Assembly (NCBI GenBank): GCA_024704765.1
Contig: JAKMXF010000111.1
Location: 760,619-824,618 of the forward strand
Source: Oopsacas minuta
Lineage: Eukaryota; Animalia; Porifera
Direction: 5' to 3'
DNA: 64,000 nucleotides
Below are positions 19,688 to 31,654 of the stretch, in pieces (within the stretch, counting starts at the first letter, position 1; every line of letters begins with the position of its first letter). The notes beneath the pieces are model-generated. The model ran no database searches. It worked only from the letters and a program-made list of their open reading frames with translations, and was not told the DNA's origin. A program made the translations under genes and the position numbers.

Positions 19688-22642
19688 ATGTTTCCTAACA
19701 GTTTGGCTCTGACAAACTATCCAAAAACACTTCAACAAACTTTCGACATCAAATGCCAGCCTCCCCAAGCCATCACCATAGAAACCCTCCATGCACCACA
19801 GAAATATCAACCAATTATCAACAACAAACAAATCAAATATCAACCTCTGAGCTCAGGATTTGAAAATAAAATGTCTGCTATGAAACTGCTGGCTAGAAAC
19901 AGAATTACAAGTACCTCGAGACAAGATGATACTTCTAATGCAAGTGAGGGCTTTACCCAGATTGATTATAATCCTATACCAGACATTAGAAAAGACAAGG
20001 TTGGAACTTTGCAAAGAAATGTAGAAACTAAAGATAAGTCTGAAACCGAAATAGTACGATTGAAGAATATTCTAGAAGAACAGTTATCACAGTTAGAATC
20101 AATAATTGATCCATCAAAAGCAAAGAAGTCTCAAACTCAACGCAAGAAACCGATCCAACAAGCTGAAGAAAAAGACTTATCCTTAAAGATAAACCGAGTA
20201 ATCCTTTCCCTCTCGAGAGAAGTATCTTCTCTAGAGAGACAAATAAATAGATTATCGAATGGGAAAGAGGATAGTAATGAGTTGGGTAAAAAGCTCTTAT
20301 CCACATATCAATTTTCAATGTCATTTATACAATCATATCACAATGAGTATAATAGCAAACTAACAGAATCTTCTCAGAATAATTTCAAAGAGAAATTGTC
20401 TAAGTTAAATAAATCGTTAGCTAACTGTGTAACTCAGTTATCTGAATTTCCAAATTTCGATTTTCCAATGCCTGATCTTGGTCCCAGCACAAAACAAGCT
20501 CCTGCAGCAGTGAAACAAAAAGGTAAAGTGTCAAATCCAAAAAAGAAAATAGCTCCACCGAAGCGTTTTAAAAATATTCAAACTAAATTACCGCAAAAAA
20601 TCGATCAGAACCCATCCAATCAGAATAGACACTACATCCGTAAACCTCTCAATCAATATCCAGATCGTCCATTGGATATTCATCCCAATTTCTCTTCAGA
20701 TGAATCTCTCATCAGTTTATTAGCTAAACCCGGTCACTCTAGACTAGCTTCTCCCTCTAACAGTAGGCTACGACAGCTAGATAATACGGCCTCCAGATAT
20801 ACAGAGCGTTATCTTAACAAACACAATACAAAACATTCATTGATGACATATTTAGACTTTGGCCCAATAATCAATGGACTCGCACAAGAAACAATGGAAG
20901 AGATGATTGATGAACAAATATCTGAGCTAATCTCCTCTATTAATCTCTCTGAAGTCGTTTCAGATCTGACTCCATTACAAACTTTCCAATCTTTACCTAA
21001 CCTGATAGAAGATCTGGATTATTACTTATCAGCAATAGACAGTTATCAAAACATGGTTTCCAGTATGGAAAAGAATCTTGAATGTTTACAGATTCGAACT
21101 CAATACGAACCTAAGACAGATAATCCTGGCTCTATAATTCCACCATATGAAGATCGAGACATATATCAGCAAGAAGATACTATAATTGTAATCCCTAAAC
21201 CTGAACCAACTATCACACAGATAGAATCTTTGGAGCCAGGTTTCACAGAACAAAATCATACCATTCCTTCATCAATAAATCCCTTATATATCCAAAATCT
21301 AACAAATGACAAGTACAAGATGTTAAGACACAACAGACTCCATCAACCTTCTATCAGATTTGCTATGAAGCATAATTTGCTGGATAATTTGAAGAATGAA
21401 ATATTGAATAAAAGCATGGATACAGTGTCTGAACAAATATTCCAAACACTAGATAATTATGTAGAGAAGAACTTTTTTGATGAATTCCTGAAAACTCCTG
21501 AAACAATGAATTTAATGCAAAACATTATGAGAAGTGATGGTACTGTTCCTCCAGCTGTTGAAACTTCAACATTAGGTATTCAGACTGAGAAATTGACTAA
21601 AAACGTGCAAATACAAAGCATACTAAGTTCCCCTTCCCTCACAAACACCCCTACATCAAGTCAGATATATACTACTGACTTCTCAACAGATAAGTCTAAC
21701 ATAGAATCTACGCCTTTCAGTGAAGATTCCGACTCTCTAATTTTAAAATACAAAACTTCTATAGTGGAGAATCCTACAGACAAAACTTCTGTATTAGAAA
21801 ATCCTACAGAAAATGATTTTACTAGGAGTGTTGCCAGTTTTATAGAAGATGATACTCTATACACTAATAATTTTGAAGAATGCACCGAACAAGCAGCTGA
21901 GCTATCACAATTACAAGAGAGCGTAGAGTCATTTAGTATAGAATCTCCTTTGAAACAGTCTCTCCTTGCTTTAACCCCGATTATGGATGCTAGTTCTCTC
22001 CTACCTGTAGAGACGGAGGGAGAGGACCTGAGCTCTGATTCAGTATATAAACCAGAGCCTATTAAGGAACCTGCCGATTCCTCTATTAGTTTAGGACTAA
22101 CTGACTCTACAATCTCTCCAGTAACTATGTCTGATCAATCTGGATCAAATAATGATTCAACAGATGATAATATCACAATGAAATCTCATTTGTCTCCACT
22201 CACTTCTAAAGAACCCAGTCTGAGCGATATAGCTTTTGAATCTGTCCTCAGGAAGAGATCAGATATTGTATGTCTTGACATAGACTCTATGTTGGTCCTA
22301 AATGATGTCCGTGATCCTTCCACATATTCTCCTACACCTGATTCAGATGATGATCAACAAAGCAATGGAAAACATACTCATGACATAGAAGACACCGCTC
22401 AGAAACACACCCATACCATTCAAGAATATAGCACTACTTTCACACAATCTAACTCTACACTGTACTCACTATCAGAGGTTCGTATTGATAAAACAGCTGA
22501 TATCCTAACTCTCCCTCAGACTCCTATCTTCCAGGATTCTCTTGACAACACTAATGCTAATACTCACTCTTCTCCTGATACAGAGTCTAATACAGCTACT
22601 ATACCTATTGAGGAAGATATATCTGTATCTCTTTCCACCTGA
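19688..22642 (+). CDS. Moonraker (KIAA0753)-like centriolar protein with long acidic C-extension
   Basis: LLDNLKNEILNKSMDTVSEQIFQTLDNYVEKNFFDEFL resembles the moonraker C-terminal motif as recalled ([32 protein letters not shown]); N-terminal coiled coils. Confidence 0.55.
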   Translation: MFPNSLALTNYPKTLQQTFDIKCQPPQAITIETLHAPQKYQPIINNKQIKYQPLSSGFENKMSAMKLLARNRITSTSRQDDTSNASEGFTQIDYNPIPDIRKDKVGTLQRNVETKDKSETEIVRLKNILEEQLSQLESIIDPSKAKKSQTQRKKPIQQAEEKDLSLKINRVILSLSREVSSLERQINRLSNGKEDSNELGKKLLSTYQFSMSFIQSYHNEYNSKLTESSQNNFKEKLSKLNKSLANCVTQLSEFPNFDFPMPDLGPSTKQAPAAVKQKGKVSNPKKKIAPPKRFKNIQTKLPQKIDQNPSNQNRHYIRKPLNQYPDRPLDIHPNFSSDESLISLLAKPGHSRLASPSNSRLRQLDNTASRYTERYLNKHNTKHSLMTYLDFGPIINGLAQETMEEMIDEQISELISSINLSEVVSDLTPLQTFQSLPNLIEDLDYYLSAIDSYQNMVSSMEKNLECLQIRTQYEPKTDNPGSIIPPYEDRDIYQQEDTIIVIPKPEPTITQIESLEPGFTEQNHTIPSSINPLYIQNLTNDKYKMLRHNRLHQPSIRFAMKHNLLDNLKNEILNKSMDTVSEQIFQTLDNYVEKNFFDEFLKTPETMNLMQNIMRSDGTVPPAVETSTLGIQTEKLTKNVQIQSILSSPSLTNTPTSSQIYTTDFSTDKSNIESTPFSEDSDSLILKYKTSIVENPTDKTSVLENPTENDFTRSVASFIEDDTLYTNNFEECTEQAAELSQLQESVESFSIESPLKQSLLALTPIMDASSLLPVETEGEDLSSDSVYKPEPIKEPADSSISLGLTDSTISPVTMSDQSGSNNDSTDDNITMKSHLSPLTSKEPSLSDIAFESVLRKRSDIVCLDIDSMLVLNDVRDPSTYSPTPDSDDDQQSNGKHTHDIEDTAQKHTHTIQEYSTTFTQSNSTLYSLSEVRIDKTADILTLPQTPIFQDSLDNTNANTHSSPDTESNTATIPIEEDISVSLST

Positions 22643-22758
22643 ACTAATAGCTCACTAATACTATTACATATTTATTTACTCTAGAATCATTATTCGTATT
22701 ATCGATACACTTACAGACAATTCGTTGTATAATGAATTTGTATTACATGTATTCATAG

Positions 22759-24792
22759 ATGAGCTCAAGCCCATTCAGCCTCTCAATAACAAACAGTACA
22801 TACAGTAAGTGTAGGAGTCCAGATCTGTGTGGATCATGTCCTCATTGTCAGGCAAGACACTGGCTCTCTCTAACCAGGGATTGGCTCACTTCCTCTCAAC
22901 GCAGAGCTCAGTTGGATTTCTCTTGCTGGCTGGCAGTTAAACTCCCTCAATCAGTGCTAGACCGTCTCCTCAATATACTACCGCAACCCTCTCCTAAAGA
23001 AGGTCTAGCTGCTCTCTTTACATTCACTCGTACTCCTCCAGTACAAAAGCCCCGATCCAAGTGGTCTAGAGCTAACAAACAACAACAACAAGAGCTACGT
23101 CCTATAGAGGAGTTAATAAGAGGCTGGTTAGAGGAAGCAGCAGCTCCAGTCCTGTTATATTACTCACTGTGTATTCTAAGAGAATTAGGGGCTGAACAAG
23201 TGCTAGCATTCGTACGTACAGCTAGAGACTCAGGCTTAGGTCTACTGAACAATAAACCTCATGTAAAGAGGTTATACACCCCTCAGCTTTTGCCTGTAGA
23301 TAATACAGCTTGCAGGCCTAGATACCACAGTCAACCAGCTGATAAGCACTACTCTCATTTGACAGAACAAATAACTGATGCAGAAATACATCATCATACT
23401 CATGAAGGTACATTTAACTTATTTCGGAGCTCTGAGCTCATGCTAGAGGAAGACCCTCTGCCCCCTCTGGACCCTCTCCTCTCGCACCTCTCATCTTGTG
23501 ACTTGATTAGACATCTCCCTGTACACATATCTAAGTTCATTCTCCATCTACTACCTCCATATGCTCTAGTCTGCTGTATGCTAGTGTCTAGACACTGGAA
23601 TCAGCTGGCTAGAGAGGTGAATTTAGAGAAACAGCTGAGAAACAGAATAGAGCACAGTATTAAAGCACATCAAGGTATTTCCGCTAAAGTATGTAACCCC
23701 AGGTATGCCTCTTTGGTATCTGTAGAGGAACTAGACGAGACAATCGGTAAGAGTCCTTTCTTACTCATGCGTAGACTGAAAAGAAGTAGATTCGGTCGCT
23801 CAGAGTGTTTGCAGGGAGGGAGTACTAGGGTAGAAGAACGTAACATATTCTGCGGATCTTACAGCCTAACCAGCTTCGTATTACCTCTTGGCATGCTAGG
23901 CTCAATATGTAGCTACGATAATAATATAGTAGCTGTAGGTGGTAATGAAGGGAAAGTACATCTGTTGGATAACAGAGGAAAATTACTATATACTTTCACA
24001 GCTCATGCAGCTGTAGTTAAGTCTATCCTATTAGCTACAGTACCATCAGGCTCTCATATAGACCATGTGCTAGTTACTGGTAGTTTCGATCTCACCATCA
24101 GACTCTGGTCTCTAAGAACTAGAAGGTATATGCGTATATTCATCGGTCATATGAAGAGCGTTATCTGTTTGGATTTGAAGGAAGGACAACTGCTTAGTGG
24201 GTCTTGTGATAAGTCTGCTCGTCTCTGGGATGTGTACACTGGAAACTGTATTCACATATTCCATCACTCCTCCATCGTAACTAGTGTACGAGTATCACAT
24301 GAGAAGTATGTGACAGGTTGTGAAGACGGTGTTGTATTCACGTGGGACCACAGGACCTGTAGGATATTACGTCGCCTGGAGGAACACACTGACGTCATCA
24401 CGTGTCTATCACTAGATTCGATGTTTCTGATGAGTTCAGGTAGAGATGGTGAGGTTAAGCAATGGTTAGCTAGTAGTCCGTCTTGTCGCAGTGTGCGTAG
24501 TTATTCACACCCGGTCCCTGTTACCTGTCATCACTTCATGTATCTGCGACTAATCACAACTGCCACTGACGGGAAGATTCGTGTGTGGAACATGATAGAT
24601 GGGAGCTGTCTTAAAATAATAATTGGGAGTGCGAATCTGGAGCCGATTCATTCATTATCCATTCTAAACAATAAAATGCTAGTCTGCAGCAAGCATACAG
24701 TCTCTTCGTTCCAGTTCGAAGAAGAGAAGTGGGATTATCAGACGGAATTCGCGGGACAGGGTTACTTAATCAAACAGAAGTTAACCAAATAA
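22759..24792 (+). CDS. FBXW10: F-box/WD repeat protein 10-like, intronless
   Basis: F-box DLIRHLPVHISKFILHLL...VSRHW followed by CNPRYASLVSV and EERNIFCGSY (FBXW10-type), then WD40 repeats. Confidence 0.8.
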   Translation: MSSSPFSLSITNSTYSKCRSPDLCGSCPHCQARHWLSLTRDWLTSSQRRAQLDFSCWLAVKLPQSVLDRLLNILPQPSPKEGLAALFTFTRTPPVQKPRSKWSRANKQQQQELRPIEELIRGWLEEAAAPVLLYYSLCILRELGAEQVLAFVRTARDSGLGLLNNKPHVKRLYTPQLLPVDNTACRPRYHSQPADKHYSHLTEQITDAEIHHHTHEGTFNLFRSSELMLEEDPLPPLDPLLSHLSSCDLIRHLPVHISKFILHLLPPYALVCCMLVSRHWNQLAREVNLEKQLRNRIEHSIKAHQGISAKVCNPRYASLVSVEELDETIGKSPFLLMRRLKRSRFGRSECLQGGSTRVEERNIFCGSYSLTSFVLPLGMLGSICSYDNNIVAVGGNEGKVHLLDNRGKLLYTFTAHAAVVKSILLATVPSGSHIDHVLVTGSFDLTIRLWSLRTRRYMRIFIGHMKSVICLDLKEGQLLSGSCDKSARLWDVYTGNCIHIFHHSSIVTSVRVSHEKYVTGCEDGVVFTWDHRTCRILRRLEEHTDVITCLSLDSMFLMSSGRDGEVKQWLASSPSCRSVRSYSHPVPVTCHHFMYLRLITTATDGKIRVWNMIDGSCLKIIIGSANLEPIHSLSILNNKMLVCSKHTVSSFQFEEEKWDYQTEFAGQGYLIKQKLTK

Positions 24793-24938
24793 CTTCTCTC
24801 TCTCCTCTCTTACACAATCTCAGCGCTGTTTATATATTAATACGTTTGTGTAATCTTAATACTCATCACTTATGAAAAACTGTACATTTATCGTATTCTT
24901 ATAATTAGTAATCTTAAATACGTAATAATTGAGTTAGA

Positions 24939-25472
24939 ATGGGAGATGAACTTGAGAGTGTAGGAGAGGTTATGGGAGAAGAATCTCAACAGGGTACCGG
25001 GTCAAAGGGAAAAGCTACAGCTGTGTGGGGATTTGAGGATGGGAAGGAAGGGAGGAAAGGGAGCAAAGGGTTCCTCTCTCGTATGAGAGGAGACAAACAA
25101 GACTCATCGAATGAATCTAAAGCTAGACGTATAGACAATGATCTGGATAATATACCAGTCATTCCGGACCTAGAGGAGGTTAGAGATGAAGACTTCACTT
25201 CTCAAGTAGCAGAAGCACCAAATGTATCTGTGATACGAGTAACAGCCTTCAAACAGCTGGAACAAGAGCTACTACAACACTCTGCACTACATCTATTAGA
25301 TGGAGAGATTGATCTTAAAGTATTGACATCTGTACTAGCACCTGAGACTGAAATAAGAGAGGCTGATTGTGAGTGGAGATGGGACGGATTGTTTGCTGAA
25401 GTATCCTCAGAAATATCTTCTGAGAAGATAGCACAGATAGGTACTACTATTAGAAGAGATTCTGCCAATTAA
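24939..25472 (+). CDS. IFT43: Intraflagellar transport protein 43 (IFT-A)
   Basis: IPVIPDLEE...QVAEAP, LDGEIDLKVLT, EWRWDGLFAEVSSEI. Confidence 0.93.
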   Translation: MGDELESVGEVMGEESQQGTGSKGKATAVWGFEDGKEGRKGSKGFLSRMRGDKQDSSNESKARRIDNDLDNIPVIPDLEEVRDEDFTSQVAEAPNVSVIRVTAFKQLEQELLQHSALHLLDGEIDLKVLTSVLAPETEIREADCEWRWDGLFAEVSSEISSEKIAQIGTTIRRDSAN

Positions 25473-25611
25473 TCCAATGTCATTCGTTCTGTGTATTTCA
25501 CATCATATTGCTTACTATTATTATAAACTTATTTTAATTCTATTAAAACAAGTAATTAATTCGATTTCTTTGCACTACAAATGATCATAAATATATAATA
25601 ATATTTTGTGT

Positions 25612-27361
25612 TCAAGCGAGTGTCTGAATTGTAGGGGTAATATCCTCTGAAGTGGGTGTAGGTTCAAATGCCCTTTGGGGAGGAGCGAACTGAATTCCTC
25701 CCACACTGAAGGGTCTACTCAGATCTAGAACCTGTATACCCTGTCCTCCGATAATCTCTCTATACGCTCCGTTCTGTAGCATGCGGAGTAGAATCTGTCC
25801 AGCTAGAGTAATCTCATCTTTAGCTTCATCGCCAAGTGAGTATTGAGCCGCGGGACATTGTTTCTCACAGGGATCTTCCACTCCGTAGTAACCCAATAAG
25901 AAACACCCAGCACTTATAAACTGTAGCACGTAACGAAACGCAGCACCAATTTCTCTGAAAAATATAAGATAAATTATAAGAATATGTATACTATTAGTTT
26001 GGATGTACCTTGGTTCATTGCATTTATCTAGCACAGCCTTTTGAGCTACCAGATCCATTAACCAAGGATTAAATGCCTTCCACCCTGGAAACCTCTTCTT
26101 CATATCTTTCAATACTCTCACTAAACAGGGTATAGTATCACTCATACAGGTAGATTCAAACCATTTAGCGTGTCTAACCATTCTAAGAGAGAACTCAAAT
26201 GTAGATAGATCTACTCTATCCTCTGTGTTATCTTCTTGCTTAATCAGACTAGATTCTGTAGTAACGAATATCTTAGCAGAGGCACCTATATAACAACCAC
26301 TTATTTTCGTTCCTTAGATAACCATCATTAACTAACCTTTGCTAGAAATGACTAGTAATGAACTTGAAGTTAGCTTATTGGTAGTACAGCTGTATTCAGG
26401 TTCAGAAGGATAATTATTCAGTTTCTGCATACAAACTGATAACTCATTTTCATCCACTTCTTTCTGATCTGATTTTAACTGTTCTATTTTAGCTTCTAAT
26501 TCTTGTTTGTGTTTCTCCAGCTCCTCTATAGCTACAGCTCTAGTTTGTTCAATCAGTCTCTCATTCAATTTATCTAATCTAGCTTCTGTGGGAAGTTCTT
26601 TTAGCAGAATTACAATATCAGCTGTAGTAGCTCCTTAAGATTACGTCACTTATTAAATCAATATATTTATAGTTTGTATTGTGTGTACCTTTGGTATAAG
26701 TTTGTTTTTTAAAAGATCCAACTAGAATAGCCTCATCTAACTTGATCTCTTTATCAGCCTCCTCATCACTGGATGCTATCCTCTTGCTAGCAGCTAGTAT
26801 CATATCTACCAATTCGACAACAACTTTAATTTCAGTCTCACTAGGTAGTAGCTCTTCTCCTCGAAGCGTGAGAGCTTCATTAAGCGCACTGTCATCAATT
26901 TCTGGATTTACTCTTGGAAATGCTTCGGTAGCTTCCAGCCAATCAAAGCAAGGACGGAATATCGCATTTTCTAAGTGCTTCAGCCAATGCTGTGTTGAAG
27001 GTACTTGTTCTTGTGGGAAGGAAGCATCAGTAGGGGATATAGGAGGATCACTATATGGCATATATGGTGTGGTGTGGGGTGGCATCATATAGGGTCTTGG
27101 GCTCCATATTCTTTTAGGTGGATACATATGATACCCCATTCTAAAGGGAGCATGGTGTAGCGGACCACCAGGGCAACCTCTCCTAAAATGGGGACCACGC
27201 CTGTAAGGAAAGTAACGAGGACGAGGCTTGGATTCTGAGTTATCAGTAGGAGTTGTTTTATCAGGATTTTCTTCAACCAGTGTAGTCTCAGTTTCTGCAT
27301 TATCATCACCTGCTGTAGTGTCTTGTGTCGTAGGGACAGATTCTTCCATTTCTTCTGACAT
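25612..27361 (-). CDS. ILF2: Interleukin enhancer-binding factor 2 (NF45, DZF domain); exons 27361-26689, 26633-26337, 26285-26009, 25954-25612
   Basis: EAFPRVNP..DDSALNEAL, VGSFKK, RHAKWFE, LKDMKKRFPG...PWLMDL. Three introns of 51-55 nt keep the frame. Confidence 0.88.
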
Positions 27362-27523
27362 ATTTAATCTTATTAACGTTGAAAATAACCATGAAACAAT
27401 CTGGTGTGACTATAGAAGGAAATGTGTGTATTTGTAATTGAAATAAATATTATAGATTTAACCGGAGTACATACAGAATTACTTATAATAACATAAGTGA
27501 TAAGTGTAGATAAGTTTTAAGCT

Positions 27524-28787
27524 TCAATCGAGTATTTTAAAGAAGTACTCTAGTTCAATAGTAGCGTCTTCAGTTAGATCAGTACAATGTAATGCATTCT
27601 TAAGCTTATCGGTACCAAATCTAGCCCTGAGGGTGTAAGGGCGGACATGTCGTCCTATCTCTGGGTCAGCTGGTCCTACTAACTCTCTGAATTCTTGTTG
27701 TGATGCCAAAACCTCTAGCGCTAGACAGGGTCCTGAACACAGCTGGTCTACCATCCCGGAGTATTCAGATACCACACCACGATAAACCTACCGACACACA
27801 TTAAAATATGTACATACTACAGTCAACTTCCTTTATATCGAAGCTCAAGGAACCGCGATAAATATAACCGATGGAATTTATGTTACTTTGATAGTTTGTG
27901 ACCATATTTGTACAATTTCAGTCTTAGGTATTTGACATATCCGTGTTCGATATAACGAGAGTTGACTGGATCTTTATCTGAATCACATAACTCACCTCAA
28001 AAAATTCCTCAGCATTCCTTCTATCCACAAAGAATAGTTTAACAGCTCTAACTTTAAACCCAGCATCTGCTATTCCCTGTAGAATAGGACCAGCTAATCC
28101 TTCTGTTACAGCATGAGGCTTAACAATAGCTAATACAGCTCCATCACCTAGCTTAGCTGTAGACTTAAGTGCTAGCTTCCCCTGTCCGTTATCTCCACTA
28201 AAGAGCACATCAATATCTCTCATTGCTTTATCCTGATCTGACAAGTAAACTGGACCAGGGAGTCCACCACATACCTCAGAGAGTTTCTCTACAGCTTGAG
28301 AAACATTAACACTAACTACTAGCAAGTTTCCTATTTTGTTTGTTTTAAATAGTGTAGAAGCTTCTGGTATATGCTTACAGATCAGATCAGCTGATTTATC
28401 ATCAATACTAAGTGTCCTAGCTTTACACAATGATAATTTCTTCTTAGCTAGAATAGCGAATATAACTGGGATATTATCCAACACATCTCCTCCTACTAAC
28501 AAGCATGAGAACTGAATTCCCCCCAGTTTCTTAAGAGTAAACTCATCTCCATAGTCTATTATCTTTAGCTGACGTGACAATATGTGTACAATAGCGCCGA
28601 TGTATAGTTGTCCCAGAGATAGAGACTCCATTTTAGTACGTCTTAGGAAAGTACGGCGAGATTTTAAATCAAACATCTCACAGACTTGATCTGATGGATA
28701 GAATAATAGCTGATAGCTACGAGTCAGTGAGGCCTGCTCGTCATACCATTCTGCCAAAAAGGCATAGCGAATATTCTCAGTTCCCAT
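27524..28787 (-). CDS. NME7: Nucleoside diphosphate kinase 7 (DM10 plus two NDK domains); exons 28787-27996, 27787-27524
   Basis: RYAFLAEWYD...YQLLFYPSD...MFDLK DM10 domain; AIVKPHAV; EFFEV|VYRGVVSEY; RARFGTDKLKNALHCTD. Confidence 0.93.
27820..27968. mobile_element. MITE family A, best-preserved copy, in NME7 intron
   Basis: Left CAGTCAACTTCCTTTATATCGAA versus reverse complement of right end CAGTCAACTCTCGTTATATCGAA; TA on the left. Confidence 0.8.
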
Positions 28788-29041
28788 GCTATATAACTGA
28801 CAATTTATCAAATGAAATATTATTAGATAATTATCATAATATACAAATATTGTAATAAACACTAATAAACAATGATAACTTCCCTCATAATAATTATCAG
28901 CATCTGAAAATCTAAGAGAAGCAGTGTATGTATACATAAGAGGTTGTATTAGTTTGCAGATTAATACTACGTAATATTGTTACTAGTTTAAATCAGTATC
29001 AGCTGTTTGAGGAATATAATACTGCTACTCAATACAGCTTA

Positions 29042-30475
29042 TCAGTAATCTTTAGCCTCAGTATAATTCAGGTCCTGTGTACCGAATGATCCCCCTAATG
29101 AGATTCCGGTAGAACCTAAGTGTGAGGAGTCATTAGCACTGGTAGGGAGAGTAGGAGGGCTGGAAGAAGCCAATGGGCCTTGTGCACCTCCATCCGTACT
29201 CTGACTACTCATGTCTGCACTGCTAGCTTGTCGTCTAGACTCTCTTACTACTGGATAGAAGTATGGATGACTCATCGCTTCTTTAGCTGTAAGTCTCTCC
29301 TGATGATCATATCTAAGAACCTGAACAAAAATATATTTATGAATGTATTTGTATTTGTATTGAATAAATTCAATTAAATTTACCTTATCTAACAGATCCA
29401 CAGCTTCTGGGGTAACTAGGTGTTGGTTCTCTTGGGTCATGAACTTATCCCATCGTTTCCTTGAGTGTCTGCCTAGGATATCTTGGAATCTAGGGTCTAG
29501 CTCTACCTCATATTTTCCTATATATTCATGTAATTCATCTGTCCCTATTACTTTAGCTACCTTGACTAATTGATCGTAGTTATCGTGTCCATGGAAGAAA
29601 GGCTCTCTCTTGAATATCATAGAAGCTAGCATACAACCAAAACTCCACATATCAAGCGAGTAGTCATACTCCTGATAATCTACTAGCAGTTCAGGACCTT
29701 TGAAGTATCTAAATGTATGTATAAGATTAATATATAGTGTACATGTGACGTCATTATTAACTAACCTACTAGCTACCCTGACGTTATACTCCTGATTAGG
29801 ATGATAGAATTCTGCCAGACCCCAGTCAATAAGACGTAGCTTCCTAGTCTCATGATCTATCATTACATTATGTGGTTTAACATCTCTATGCATTATACCG
29901 TGTGAATGTGAGTAGTCGAGAGCTCGTAGTAGCTCATACAAATAGTAACGAATATCAAAATCTGTCAATGTAGGGTAGAGCTGTTTAAAATCTGTATTGT
30001 TAATATGCTCGAATACTAATGCAGGTGTCCTGGACCATGGATCCTTTACTATATCCTTGAGGATGATTACGTTAGTGCCTCCTTTGAGGTTCTCTAGGAT
30101 CTTGATCTCTCGCTTTATTTTCTTCTTCTTGACTGGCTTCAGAATTTTCACAACTACTTTCTCGTTATTTTGTACATCAAATGCTTCGAATACTTCAGAG
30201 TATTTCCCTCTGCCTAGTTTGCGAACAACCTACAAACAATGAATATTAAGTATCTGGAATTAGGGAGATTTATACTCAATAATTACCTGATAGTTATCTA
30301 TATTTCCCCACTCAATAGGATGTGACTCATAGTCCCAATATTCTCTGGGTTTATGCACATTAACGTCACAGTATACACGAGCTTTGCTCCTCCCACTTGC
30401 TCCAGATACAGTTACGGGACTGGGATTAACCATGGACATGCCGTCCATTACCTTTCCAGTTTCCAGAAATGTCAT
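29042..30475 (-). CDS. CSNK2A1: Casein kinase II alpha; exons 30475-30287, 30229-29766, 29708-29384, 29320-29042
   Basis: [50 protein letters not shown]. The start ATG could be 30475, 30448 or 30439. Confidence 0.96.
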
Positions 30476-31072
30476 TACAATAGCTATAAGTACTGCAATG
30501 AAGACAACTGTGCAAAATGATATTAGGATGTTTTTGAGTGTACGAATGCGTGGAGAAGGAGGTTGTAATTGTTTCACGTTAATCTTGTTTCGTTTCTTAT
30601 ATTTCTAAACATTAATGAAGTAATAAGTAAATGAGGTTATTATACTGACCGACGTTTATAAGTTATTATGAATTGTTAAATCAGAGTGGATCTCTTTCTA
30701 CAATTAAATCAGTATTTCTACATATAAACATAGCAGATAGCGGTCTTCTCACATATACGCTAACAAGATAAGAAATCTCTTACTCAAATATTACCTTTTT
30801 CTCCATTATACAAGGAACTGACAAAAATGTGTAATTTGTGATAAAGAATTAAGCGGAGACTAGAATCGACCTACTTGTTCAGTATTTATGCAATTTTTTC
30901 TGCTAGAATGATACATGACGGATAGAAGCCGTCAACCTTTTCCAACCTGATGATGTAACCACTTTCTGAAAAGGCAAACTAAGTAATAATTGTTAATTGG
31001 ATTCGAAGCATTTTAGAAGGAAATTACGTTTAGCTGGTTTAAATAATGTAATTTTCTAGATTAGTATTACCC

Positions 31073-31379
<307 letters not shown>

Positions 31380-31654
31380 GATAGAAGAATAGAAATTGAC
31401 CGAGAATTTAATCAATCGCTTAAATAAGTTAATGGAAATGTGTGCAAAGTATATTACACAAATTCAATAGAAATGGAGTCATGATGACTAAATGTGTGTC
31501 TCAATTATCAAGATATTAGTATACATACGGATCACTACAAATGGAGTATACACGGAGCTGCGATATGTATAGGCTGAGACTACTGACTGCTTGAAGTGAA
31601 ATAAAGTTGTTCTAACAACGAAACTGATAAAAGCTTAAAGGTGATCATATTAAT

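Noticed and set aside
26313-26336. Possible 24-nt intron in ILF2
   Set aside because: The in-frame acceptor at 26287-26286 gives a typical 51-nt intron and better colinearity with ILF2 (ISSK-G-ASAKIFVTT).
30476-30577. Apparent N-terminal transmembrane helix on CK2alpha ([18 protein letters not shown])
   Set aside because: The ORF-track start is GTG, not ATG. A TAG acceptor lies 8 nt before ATG 30475, so the hydrophobic stretch is best explained as T-rich intron or outron sequence.
30945-30968. TGATGA...CTGA box C/D pair
   Set aside because: The boxes are only about 13 nt apart, too short for a snoRNA.
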